DNA of 64,000 bases. It comes from Pecten maximus (taxonomy: Eukaryota). The DNA lies in assembly GCF_902652985.1 (NCBI RefSeq), contig NC_047026.1, forward strand, positions 33,852,001-33,916,000. Direction: 5' to 3'. The notes beneath the pieces are model-generated. The model made no database searches and was not told where the DNA came from. It worked only from the letters and a program-made list of their open reading frames with translations. Positions 34,844-48,118 of this stretch are shown here, one piece after another. How positions within the stretch are numbered: position 1 is the first letter of the stretch; the number at the start of each line of letters is the position of its first letter. Position numbers and translations under genes: made by a program.

Positions 34844-36315
34844 AATAGTGAGTAATTGGTAATTAAATTGATTAAATTATTTCATTAAAGCCACACGCTA
34901 CCTGCGATGTGCGGTGACTGGGTATTCAGTGTTAATTATACCTGGATGTGATTAGTGGTCAATTTCACACATAATTTGATTGTCCTAATTAGTCTATTCA
35001 CGTTGTTCTGATAAGAGCATTGTGATGTTATTATCACACTTGTTAACTATATCAATCGTGTTGGTATATAAAATGGGGGAGGTATAATTGTACAGTAATA
35101 GAAAAAATTCATTTGGAATTTTGTAAAAATATACTTGGTGTTAAGAAATCTACCTGTAATGCTATGGTTTATGTTGAATTAGGTCGATTGCCACTGGCAA
35201 ATGAGCACATATTTAGGATGATAAAATATTGGTTTAAGTTATTAAGTCATGAAAATTGTATCTTGAATGAAGTTTACAGTTTTTTGTTACTAGAAACTGA
35301 AAAAGTTTATCCAAAATCTAATTGGTTAGTATTTGTAAAACAGAAACTTTTTGAACTTGGGTTGGGTTTTATATGGGTGAGGCATACTCCTTCCGACATC
35401 AGATTATTACCTTTGATTAAACAGCGTATAGAGGATCAGGCTAAGCAGACGATATTTAATTCTTTAAGTATTTCTAGTAAGTGTGACTTAAATAAGTATC
35501 TAGTGGACAATGTCACTTTAAAATATTATTTAACCAAGTCATTACATAAACAACATAGAATTGCAATAACTAAGTTACACTTGTCTGCACACAATCTTGC
35601 TATAGAAGTTGGTAGAAGTAGAAATATTGACAGGAAAAATAGACTTTGTATAAACTGTACTCAAAACGAGGTTGATGATGAATTTCACTTTTTACTTATA
35701 TGTCCTAAATATTCAGAGATAAGGAAGAAATTTATCAAAAAATATTACTGGTACAAACCTTCTGTCTTTAAAGTTTTAAATTTACTGAACTCAAATAAAA
35801 TAAAGGAACTACATGTACACAGATTAGGTAAATTCATTATACACGCAAATAAACAGAGAATGATGTAATATGTGTTTACTTATGTTGCAAATGTATGGAT
35901 AAATGTATATATAGATTAATCGTAAATATTATAATGTACCTTATGTAATATGTATATCATAATGTTAATGTTCATCTTCATATGTTATCCTCTGTATTCT
36001 GTACAATATGTAATATTATGTAATATGTTTTGTACACCACTGATTGGCTGTCAAGCCAAAAGTAATAAAATGAATTGAAATTGAATAGTGAGTAATTGGT
36101 AATTAAATTGATTAAATTATTTCATTAAAGCCACACGCTACCTGCGATGTGCGGTGACTGGGTATTCAGTGTTAATTATACCTGGATGTGATTAGTGGTC
36201 ATTTTCACACATAATTTGATTGTCCTAATTAGTTAAATAAATTCACGTTTTTCTGATAAGAGCATTGTGATGTTATTATCATACTTGTTAACTATATCAA
36301 TCGTGTTGGTATATA
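34844..36315. repeat. ~230-bp direct repeats (34844-35070 and 36084-36315) flanking the LINE fragment
   Basis: AATAGTGAGTAATTGG...GTTGGTATATA occurs on both sides; the paralogous region (~25595-25815) has one copy. Confidence 0.9.
35071..36085 (+). mobile_element. 5'-truncated non-LTR retrotransposon (RTE-X or L2/Crack-type ORF2 C-terminus; ORF 35113-35868)
   Basis: ELGRLPL, LSAHNLAIEVGR...RLCINC...DEFHFLLICPKY zinc knuckle; AATAAA then (TTGAA)n tail. Confidence 0.85.
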
Positions 36316-37457
36316 CAACAATACAGCAACTGAGTGCAGATCTGTAACCGTTGACTTAAATAGATTAAATAAGGCCAATCGATATCAAAGGTTAATTATT
36401 CGTGTGACAGGTATTCTTCTTACATTCCCTGTTTCTCTATTTAACCTTTATAATAAAAACCAATGTAAAGTATAGAATGTCATCCTCACACACAGGGTAA
36501 CTGCATCGTAAATCGATTTGATTTTCCAGAGAAATCGGATGTTAGGGGTTTTGGTTTGAGTCGCTTGAATAAAGAAGAAACAAAATTAAAAAAACAAACA
36601 TGTTATTGTATATCATAAACTTACATTCGTCTTATATATTTTGTATTCTTCCACCGAAAGTAGGCGAACCTATCACGTGTACCTACAATGGGAGATATAC
36701 TGTTAACTATCGGTGTAGTGTTTGACTGATTCCAATATTTTATTCCAACTACTGTAAACTAATGATTCGTCAAACGAAGCCCGGAGAAGCCATTCATCTA
36801 TAGTTAGAAATATTTACTTCGATGTTAGATTTGTTACATTGTATTGATTCAACATTTCGATCGGCTACCACATGAAAAGGAAAGTCATTCAGATTTATCA
36901 GAGTTACTTCCCTTCGTTTAATCAGTATGATGTAAACTTTTTAAATGAGAGTGACCTCCCTTCTTACACCTGTTGATAATCCGGAAGTCGGCTAGATTAC
37001 AGGTAAGCTGTACGTGATATTAACGTCGATTTAGTATTTTATCCCATTTTCTTATTAATTCTGTTCAATTTGAATGTTTTTTTTGCAGAACGAGTAGTTA
37101 GTTTGAAACAGTTAATGGTGATCCACCTGTAATTAAAGCTTGTCACACCTGTACACAGGTCAGCAGGTGACACACTTACGGAATAAAACGTGTAATGTTA
37201 TCGAGGAAATAAAAATCACTGCATTACCTAGACATTCTATGTTGGAATAACGCCATACACTATAACTGTGAGTGGTGTTCGGTCACCTGACCGGAGTCGC
37301 ACCTGTCCGTCACGTTCCTGGTGCTGGATGTTGGATGGGTCCATGTTCGCCAGTGTCTTTAATGTTGCTGTTATCGATGCCCCACGTTAGTGTGTTATTG
37401 TCCTGGCAGGGCGACCGGTAGGGACCAAGAGGGCTCGCCCAAATGTAATATAAAGTT

Positions 37458-38252
37458 ATTTATGCATGCTCCACATGAAACTAAAACCAATGATGGAATT
37501 GAAAAGGCCATCTTATACAAGATGACACATGAAACATGAAAAATATTATCATCAGAAATATTTTGAAAAGTTCATCATAAGATGGCTAATTCCGCATCAG
37601 TATTAGAACAAAATACAAATTGTATGACAATTTACATCCTTAGGTGGGTATTCGACAGAATAACGCCAAAAAGTATTGATAGAATTACACCGAAATAGAA
37701 CATAATACAAATTGAATGACAATTTACATCATGAGTGGATATTTGGCAGAATTACCCAAAACCGTATTACATGTAAAAGGGTGGAATGAGGATGGTCTTC
37801 GAAATAGCTGAATTTTAGATTTAGTTCTATATGCGTAAAAACAAAATGGCGATGATGAAAAAAAAATTTCCAGGTGAAGAAAAGTAAACAGCCAATCATC
37901 GACCAGCAAGTGCTGTATGCTCTGGGCCCCCCAACGGGATAAAAAGGGGCCCCATAAAGGGAATAACCCAAACAGAATAAAATTACAAGAAAATTTATGT
38001 GTTACAGCATAAAATCAGCTATTTGCATAGCTTGCATTTATGCATGCTCCACATAAAACTAAAACCAATGATTGAATTGAAAAGGCCATCTTATACAAGA
38101 TGACAATTTATTAAAGAAACATGAAAAATATTATCATCAGAAATATTTTGAAAAGCTCATCATAAGATGGCTAATTCCGCATCAGTATTAGAACAAAATA
38201 CAAATTGTATGACAATTTACATCCTTAGGTGGGTATTCGACAGAATTACGCC
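37458..38252. repeat. ~210-bp direct repeat (about 37458-37668 and 38037-38252)
   Basis: TTATGCATGCTCCACAT...TTCGACAGAAT occurs twice. Confidence 0.85.
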
Positions 38253-39228
38253 ACACAGCAAACAAGCATTGTTTTGCTGCCCCACTTGCATTTTTACTGT
38301 ATATGTAAATCATCAAAGAAGACATAAAATATTTAGAAGAATATATTCAAAAATGAATATAGTGTATGTGTATTATTGCAAACTACTTATACATGTATAC
38401 CGTTTATTAAAGACTTAAAATATGAAAATATTGAAATGTTCACAAGATAGTGTATACGTCAAAGAAAGGCTAATTTGCAAAAGGAAGTTGCCAAAATTAT
38501 TGGGAAAATAAACATTGAAAACACATAGATAGATGTAAAAATATATAATATATCGAACAATTAATAAATATTTGCAGAAAAGAATGCATGACATTTTCAA
38601 ACTATAGAATGGTCTATTTAGATTTTATTTATAAATTTGCAAAAGTGAGTTAGAGAATTCTGCCAAAAAAAAATGAAGAAATAGGTACATGTACATGTAC
38701 GTGTAATCGAAAAGTGGAGATGATTTACCCGACTCGTATTACAATTTTGCCAAGATATGTTCGCGAATTAGCTCAATTGTTATAAAGTTCCCTCAAGAAA
38801 AAGAAAAGACAAAATCAAGAAACGATTTATTAAAAACTTAATAGTTTTGAAGGAGGAGGGTTATCACAATGCCGATCGAAAATAATCTGTATATACATAC
38901 ATTATATATAGTCTTATGTATACTTGTGTATTTATGCGGTCATGTAGTCTAATGGGTCTATTAATTACAGTCCTGTTATTTGAACCCGCGAATCAAGTGA
39001 TTTATTCCTAGATCTCCTCCAAGATCAAGTTTGAAGATGTTAAATATTTGGAAAAATCATTACCATTTCAAGGGGATCAATTCCATTCTTTCAGTAACAC
39101 TTCATTGTTCATGTATATTATTTATGTACATGGTATTATATCAAATACCAAACAATGCAGAGCAATAAAGACTGCATTTCAATTCCAATTCGTTCCAACC
39201 GGTAGTAAATATCAAATGATATGATTTA

Positions 39229-39322
39229 ATTGCAGTTCATACAATGTAGTCGTGTCTTTTGATTGCAGTTCATACAATGTAGTCGTGTCTTTTGATTGCA
39301 GTTCATACAATGTAGTCGTGTC
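39229..39322. repeat. 33-bp tandem repeat x3
   Basis: ATTGCAGTTCATACAATGTAGTCGTGTCTTTTG. Confidence 0.9.
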
Positions 39323-39388
39323 GAGAAAGGGAGATAACTTGTTGCAATGGCAACATGAGCAGTGCTGTACCGCCCTGTATAACAGAGG

Positions 39389-42018
39389 ATGGATTGGATA
39401 AACTACACAACAGCGGCTGGTCCAACTACAACAGGTAAGGCAGATTATCAGTCAGTTATTATCTCAGAGGATTAATGTGACACAACATATTCTTCTGGAG
39501 GCGAATAACCACTAATGCACACTTGACAGGATAAGTATTTTTCGCCAACAGGGGATCATTGTTTTTTTTTTCTGTTTCTTATTATCTCTGGCTATCGTTA
39601 TCATTTAATAAATGTCTTTATATGCGACTTAAAATGAAATACAATACATCATTATGTATACACTTTTCATGTATCATCAAAGCGGCTTTAACTGTAAAAA
39701 TAACGTTTGGAGTATATTTCAGTTGCTATTTATACAAAAGATGTATAACAAAATTTAGACTTTCCCTTTATTACGATAATTAAAAGGGTTCAAAACCGTG
39801 TTTTATAAATCTTAATCAGTGTAAAACAGTAATAATGAATGTTATCGTTAGTATATATTTTTAGAAATTTATTTAGGTCGATGCTCGAGCATTGCTACAT
39901 ACCTTTTAAAGTTATCAATTTTAATATATATTAGTTTAAAAAAATGTTTACTCTACAAAATATATAAGTTCATATGGTTTGTTTTTCTTCTGATTTGTGC
40001 TATTTTTGTGACGTCAGAGTGGGCAGCCTGGTCGGAGTATGAGAGTGAGTACAACCGAGCGACCAAGGCCGGTAGTGTTGTCGGCCCAGTTGTTGGTTCC
40101 TTTATTGTCATCATCTTCATCATATCCGTCTTTTGTTTCACATCGCACGTGCGACGAAGGCGACAAGAAATATTGGCGAGAGCTGCACGACGTAACATCA
40201 ATCAAAGACAAGGTACAATTCGAGCTCATTGTAAGGATTTGTTTATATATTGTTTAACGTCCCATCAACAGCTTTTATTTAAGGACGGTCTCACCTGGGC
40301 TGCTTGCAAATGATGAACGTTCCTGTGAGCGCCGTGGGCGCATGCGCCCCCTTAAACATTGGCGTTTGGTCGTATTTGGATAGTTCTAGCATGATCTGTC
40401 AGAGTACAAATAGGTCATGCTGATATATTTCCATGATGTATGGGAAAATCTTGATTCCTCATTTACTGGCAAGTACGTCACCTGTAATGCTATAATGGTA
40501 TATAATGTAAGTGTATATTCATTATTCAAATACTATATTTGTTTTCTTTCGCAATATGCGCTGATATTTCACTCAGATGGCGGGTATTGAGATACTTGAA
40601 ATTACTAACAGATTTTAACGACCATGTCCCGATATGTCAATGTATGCACGTCAGTACATTTGACGACAAAACCGAGTTTAAGAGTTTAGAACAAATGTCG
40701 AATGTTAACATTTCTTGACCTTAATACACATATGCTTGATTTGAAGGCACGGGTTTACGTGCTTTTGTTTCTTATACGAACTAAAAAGTCTTGTGTTATT
40801 GCTATGTGGTGGATCCAAGATGGTGGAACTGTGATGCTTCGTTTGTCATACTAATGTATGTTTTGTCTTAAACGAGACGGGAAACCTTCATTTGCGAGTT
40901 GTATAAGTTATTCATGTTAATATATGACGCAACCATTCAGGCTTTGATTTTACATCTGTTACATTATAAAAAAGAAAAAGAATATCTTTTTATGTTTCAA
41001 GCGTATAGTCTGTAGAGACGGTCGCCATCTTGGGAACTCACTTGATATTCAGTTGCGTTCCATTACATTGTAACGTACCTATTCAGTAACACACGGCTAG
41101 AATACTTAATTGCAACTGCTGAGAAACTACTGTACCATTTTAAGGATGACCAAGTGTCCGGACCGAGTGTTGTTATTGTTCGGGTCAGTCTGACATCCAA
41201 GATGGTCGCCATGGTCAACAGTACCACTATACTTGCTACTGAGTATGTACACTACAATAGTACAAGAGGTCTTTAGAGTCAAATGTTTGTTACGGCCCAT
41301 GAACCTTTTGTTGTAGTCTTTGGTATGTCTCGACAAGTGACGAAAACCCGAAGCCTTCCTATCGGGGGCGAACGCTCAACTAAAAAAAAAAATGGCCAAG
41401 AATCGGACATTGTCCAATTTCGCGGTGTTCATCCCGTATAACAGCAAGATGACGCCTACTTTGTACAGAGAAACACATTTCTGTCTATTCGGGAGCGGAT
41501 TACTTTCATTTCAAAGACATTTATTATATCATTGTTATTTATATACATGTGTATCATCAGTTATGATAGAAATTGTACTGCGCCACTAATATATAACATG
41601 TTGCTTTGAAGGTGAGAGGGCTTTTGTGGTCGGCCATGCCCACAGTCCAGACTGGATAGGCGGAGAAGAACATGGGAGTTACACCAACACAATAATGCAG
41701 GACTTACCTCCCCCTTACACACCTCCTTACGAAACTGAATTGAAGGATGGAGATCTACCGCCATCGTATGCCGACGCAGTTGTCATGTATGGTTATGACA
41801 CTGAACGTGATGACGTCACGCGAACATTTGATGAAAGTGACGTTAATTATGATGTTGATTATGACACTGACAATATGACTGACTATAGTGTCGATGATGA
41901 CGTCAATACTGACGCCACATATGATGTTGATGTTCCCTACGATGCCACCAATGAAACAAGAAGTTGTACTTACGAGGCCGGAAGTGGTCATAATTATAAT
42001 GACGTCACAACCGACTAG
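39389..42018 (+). CDS. Single-pass membrane protein with PPxY motifs, 215 aa: exons 39389-39434, 40018-40212, 41612-42018
   Basis: Phase-1 GT-AG introns join MDWINYTTAAGPTTTE-WAAW...VVGPVVGSFIVIIFIISVFCF-TSHVRRRR...QG-ERAF...LPPPYTPPY...LPPSY and an acidic Tyr-rich tail. The start codon choice is inferred. Confidence 0.75.
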
Positions 42019-43654
42019 GAGGATAGGATTATCATAACTAAGTGCTGGAAAACAGAGCTCGTGCGTGTATGTGGCTGTGTTCACTGCCACAACAAATGGA
42101 TAATATATATATAGAGGGAGATGACATACTTGGAAAAGTTGTGAAAAGAGTAATTACACATACATCTTGCTACCCGAAAAGGTGTCATGGTGATGTTTGA
42201 ATTCATGGCCGGGGAATGCTTTACGCGAATAATCATATAGGAGGAGCGCCAGTCAGGTAGCCTCTGGGCCATTTTCGTTTTTGTGGTCCAAACGGTTGGA
42301 CCAGTTGCACTGGTGTTGTTCGTTTATAAAAAAAGACAGACCTGGTGATTTTATAATGTTTCCAGACGAACCTTGACGAAGACTTTCAAGGCCCCTAATG
42401 AAGGTCCGAGATGCGTGGTTGGATGCTCCCTACTCGTGTCACCTCGAAATGACTCCAACAAACAAAGAAATATCGGACGACATCAATATTTTAACACCAT
42501 GTCAACCTTTTCATTTGTATGAAGTATCACTCCTAGGGGTGTAATTTACACGTGGGCATCACTGGCACACTCAGTGACACACAGATTTGGAACGGATTCC
42601 CTATTTCACATTTGTATGCACCTGGACTCCAGGAAACTCGTCAACAGGCTATTTCAGTCTCATAACCATTGTTGCATTGTGTGTGACACATGGACATAAC
42701 ACGAACTTCCCACCCACAGACCATGTAACCGTATTATACAATAATTACGGTGGTTTAGAAATGTATGCCAAATCTCTGTGGCATGTGTTTATAACTAGAA
42801 CATGACCCAATAGTTGAACTCTGAATTTAACTTATTCAGGAAATCGTAGCAACATATCGCAACTAAGGAAATCTTTTAGTCCCGCTCGTATTTATAACGG
42901 ATGAAATGCTAAGCGCTTGTTCTTTTTATCTCATAACTATTATCATATTTTATTTATCTAGCCTATCATATGTTTTTATATTGATCAGAGACCTCCATTT
43001 TGTGACTGAATCCTATTCTTGTTCAACACACCAAGATCTGAAAAATACAGAAAGTTTTAAGATAGGAAAATGTTTACACCTTTTGGCGTATTGAAGCTGT
43101 GCTGACTGAAATGTACTTACAATGTAGACTAATACATATGTATGAATGTTCGGCATTAGCATGATGTATTTCCGGTTAACCAATTTCCACTTTATTTCAA
43201 TTTAATTTCCGCCATGCCATAATGTTACATGTACGATATAAACTATGTAAGCATTTCATTTACGTTAACTCGATAAACGCTATGGGCGCACATTTATAAA
43301 CATAAACAGAAAAAGACTATTGTTTAGTAATCACGGATCTCGTCTACATTGTACAAATATTCAAACATTATCTGATGCCAGGGGAGACAACTGTGTATAT
43401 CTGATATTGCAATCCAAGATAACATGATATGCTCAGAATACTGTCTTTACTACAGAATTAACGGAATTTATTGAGCAGACACTCACATATTAACCGAATG
43501 ACGGTGGATATTTTTGTTTTTCTTCACACTTCAATTAATATTCCACCAGATCAAAATTATTGGCTTGAATAAAAAGCCCTGTTGCATCTGGCGAAATATT
43601 TGGCTGTATCGGGGCGATACATAACAATTCGTCCCTTAATCAATACATTTTGTA

Positions 43655-43942
43655 TACAGTGTATTTTAACTATATCAGGGATGTATACTAGTACGTCCAT
43701 GTCTCAATATATAGTGTATTTTAACTGTATCAATGACGTATATTTGTACGTACCTATATCAATATACCAATATACAGTGTATTTTAACTGTATCAGGGAT
43801 GTATACTAGTACGTCCCTGTCTCAATATATAGTGTATTTTAACTGTATCAATGACGTATATTTGTACGTACCTATATCAATATACCAATATACAGTGTAT
43901 TTTAACTGTATCAGGGATGTATACTAGTACGTCCCTGTCTCG
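43655..43942. repeat. 118-bp tandem repeat x~2.4
   Basis: TACAGTGTATTTTAACT...CAATATACCAATA recurs with period 118 and contains two related halves. Confidence 0.85.
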
Positions 43943-44146
43943 ATCCATACAGTGCAAGTACACCTATGGCTATATTTCCCCCCCGCCTGCTTCAATTATG
44001 CGTAATCCATTCAACAATCAAGTTTTTATCTTGGCATTTTATGACCGATAGATTATTTACAAACTGGAACTCTTTGTTAAGTGGCTGATGTTATTCAGTC
44101 AATGACCTCTGACAAAATATGGTGCTATCATTCTTTGCTTACTTAA

Positions 44147-44612
44147 GGACTCACACAACTAAATAATTTACTATATGTTATTACTAGTGACCCAATCCCT
44201 TTATTCGCTCGTTTGAAGTTCAAATGATGTGAAATTTATATCAAATTAAAGTTTGAAGTTTTTTCTATCGGATAAATGTTGTTATTGTAAAGGTTTAATG
44301 GCATATTAGAGCAGACGGGTACTCGGAAGACAGTAACCCTGGCATTAACATTACACTGGGGAACCCCTACCTGGGGAATTCCCGTCTGTTTACACCTCGA
44401 ATCCTACGCCATTCTATTTTCAGTAGGAGTGTATATTTTTGATTTTCCAAACCTCAAGACCCTACACTTTATTCTCGTGTATAGGAAGTACCCATTTCAT
44501 ATATTAATTAATCAGGAAAACAGCTACAAACCTAAGAAACACATTTTCCTCAGGGACTTGGTTCACGTGAAACACCAGCTGATTGCATTGGCTGATTTAG
44601 TTGTGTGAGTCC
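44147..44612. mobile_element. Non-autonomous DNA transposon with TTAA TSD (Kolobok-like MITE)
   Basis: TTAA|GGACTCACACAACTAAAT ... ATTTAGTTGTGTGAGTCC|TTAA: perfect 18-bp TIR with GG..CC termini. Confidence 0.8.
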
Positions 44613-45812
44613 TTAAGCAATATGTCCGACGTAGCGAAGGCTCCCTTTAGGACGATTTTAACTGGAAGGTGCTGATTTCATGTTCTATGGAGAGTCTGAA
44701 CATTTAACGGGTACACAAATAAAGTTTTATGCACATGCATTGTAAATCAGTTTTTATTGATTTTTAATTGGAACTTGATTTTATCACAACTCCGAATATT
44801 TTTGTGTATATTCATGCTGATGCTACATGTACGCTATCTGTCAATATGGTAAAACAATTGTCTGTTTGAATGCTATCATGAATTTTCTCCCAGTTACATT
44901 TCTTGATCGTATTTTATCTCTTAACAAAACCTACACATTTACCTTATATACTTTGCATTCTGAAGTCATTCCAACTTTAAATTTTTTCGAAAAAGGTTTG
45001 CTATTTCGGAATTCCTGTTTTAGTTAGCTATTTTTGTGTAATGTGTTCGTTTTAATTTGATATCTTATTTAAGTGGATGCTATTTATTAGATGTTGTCAA
45101 AAAATGCTGAGCCACAAAATAGTATTGCATTTGACTTGATGAACATAATATAAAGTTGTTGTACACGGAGAAAGGAATAAATTTCTGTTAAACTAATATT
45201 GTTCTTTTTTGTGTCGCCCGTGAAGCATGACGGACACTAGGAATCACTTTGTCCGTCGTCACGTTTGTAACATCAATTTGTAACTTAATATGTGGCCTTG
45301 TGATAATGATCTACAGTTAGTGTTCGAACCCCGTGTAAATATTCCATTTCTTGCTGGAGTTATGACCATTTGTACAAGGGGAACATATCTTAATTTCCAA
45401 TTTTCCTGACTTTCTTGAGTTCTTGCATATAAAAAATTCTTGTTATTAACTAACGTTTGCTAACCCACGTACACACAAAATATTATCAATGGATCAAGAT
45501 ACAGTACACATATGGCCTCAGATGTTATGTGGTCATTAAACCAACAAACCGTCAACAGAAAGCATGATTTTCATATGGTTATCACGAAATATCACAAAAT
45601 GACATCCTTTTTATTTGTGCATCAAAGTGAGCGCAGGCCACACATCCACTCTTTATTTTTCGTATGTTACTGTTTGTTTATAAGATAAAATGGAAAAAAA
45701 GACACCCCCACCTCCCCACTCTAGAATTTTATTTTTCGTATGTTAGTGTTTGTTTATAAGATAAAATGGAAAAAAAGACCCCCCCCCCCCCCCAAAAAAA
45801 AAAAAAAATTTC

Positions 45813-47830
45813 ATACTGTGAACGGAATGGTCATATTGGGAACGGTCTATTACACTGTGAACGGTCTGGTTATAAGAGGAACGGTCTAGTCACACTTGGA
45901 ACGGTCTGATTTCATTGAGAACGGTACAGTCATATTGTGAACGGTCTAGTCCCACTGGGAACGGTCTTGTTACATTCTGAGCGATGAAGTCATATTGGGA
46001 ACGGTCTAGTTACACTTGGAACAGTCTGGTTACAATGGGAACTGTCTATATGCATAGAGAACGGTCTTTTACACTGTGAACGGTCTAGTTATAAGAGGAA
46101 CGGTCTAGTCACACTGGAAACGGTCTGATCTCATTGGGAACGGTGCAGTCGTATTGTGAACGGTCTTATTTCACTTAGACTGTCTAGTTACACTGGGACG
46201 GTCTAGGTACATTGTGGACTGTCTAGTTACACTGGGACGGTCTGGTTACACTGTAAATGGTTTAGTTACATTGTGGACTGTCTAGATATATTGTGGACTG
46301 TCTAGATACATTGTGTACTGTCTAGTTACACTGGGACGGTCTAGGTACATTGTGGACTGTCTAGATACATTGTGGACTGTCTAGTTACACTGGGACGGTC
46401 TAGTTACACTGTGAACGGCCTAGTTACATTGTGGACTGTCTAGTTACATTGTGGACTGTCTAGCTACACTGGGACGGTCTAGTTACATTGTGGACTGTCT
46501 AGTTACACTGGGACGGTCTAGTTACACTGTGAACGGTCTAGTTACATTGTGGACTGTCTAGTTACATTGTGGACTGTCTAGTTACATTGTGGACTGTCTA
46601 GCTACACTGGGACGGTCTAGTTACATTGTGGACTGTCTAGTTACACTGTGAACGGTCTAGTTACACTGAACGGTCTTGTTACATTGTGGACTGTCTAGAT
46701 ACATTGTGGACTGTCTAGCTACACTGGGACGGTCTAGTTACACTGAACGGTCTTGTAACACTGTAAATGGTTTAGTTACATTGTGGACTGTCTAGATATA
46801 TTGTTGACTGTCTAGATACATTGTGGACTGTCTAGTTACACTGGGACTGTCTAGTTACACTGGGACGGTCTAGTTACACTGTGAACGGCCTAGTTACATT
46901 GTGGACTGTCTAGTTACATTGTGGACTGTCTAGCTACACTGGGACGGTCTAGTTACATTGTGGACTGTCTAGTTACACTGGTACGGTCTAGTTACACTGT
47001 GAACGGTCTAGTTACACTGTGAACGGTCTAGTTACATTGTGGACTGTCTAGTTACATTGTGGACTGTCTAGCTACACTGGGACGGTCTAGTTACATTGTG
47101 GACTGTCTAGTTACACTGTGAACGGTCTAGTTACACTGAACGGTCTTGTTACATTGTGGACTGTCTAGATACATTGTGGACTGTCTAGTTACACTGGGAC
47201 GGTCTAGTTAAACTGTGAACGGTCTAGTTACACTGAACGGTCTAGTTACACTGAACGGTCTTGTTACACTGGGACTGTCTAGTTACATTGTGGACTGTCT
47301 AGCTACACTGGGACGGTCTAGTTACACTGTGGACTGTCTATTACACTGTAAACGGTTTAGTTATATTGTGGACTGTCTAGTTACATTGTGGACTGTCTAG
47401 CTACACTGGGACGGTCTAGTTACACTGAACGGTCTAGTTACACTGAACGGTCTTGTTACATTGTGGACTGTCTAGTTACACTTTGAACGGTCTAGTTACA
47501 CTGAACGGTCTTGTTACATTGTGGACTGTCTAGTTACATTGTGGACTGTCTAGTTACATTAAGGACTGTCTAGTTACATTGTGGACTGTCTAGTTACATT
47601 GTGGACTGTCTAGTTACATTGTGGACTGTCTAGTTACATTGTGGACTGTCTAGTTACATTAAGGACTGTCTAGTTACATTGTGGACTGTCTAGTTACATT
47701 GTGGACTGTCTAGCTACACTGGGACGGTCTAGTTACATTGTGGACTGTCTAGTTACATTGTGGACTGTCTAGTTACACTGAGACAGTCTAGTTACACTAT
47801 GAACGGTCTAGTTACACGGGGAATGGTCTA
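45813..47830. repeat. ~2-kb minisatellite of 19-21-bp variants
   Basis: GTCTAGTTACATTGTGGACT / GGTCTAGTTACACTGTGAAC / GTCTAGTTACACTGGGACG. Confidence 0.95.
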
Positions 47831-48118
47831 CATCACAGACATATGGTCAATCATTACGGAGTAATAATGATATTTCTAAAACACAATCACTAAATCAAAT
47901 TTTCACATTTTATATTACTGATATACTTGTATAAAAATTAAACTCATGGAGTTAATAACTTTTTTTTACACATATATTAACAGTTATCTTTTCTAGTCTT
48001 GATTTCGAAAAAAAACCTGGACTATCAAAATAAAGGACGAAGGGAGATAACTCTGTTAATCTTGGCAAGCTCACCGATAATGTACGATTTTCTCCCCATT
48101 TCCTGGTACTGTTTGGTA

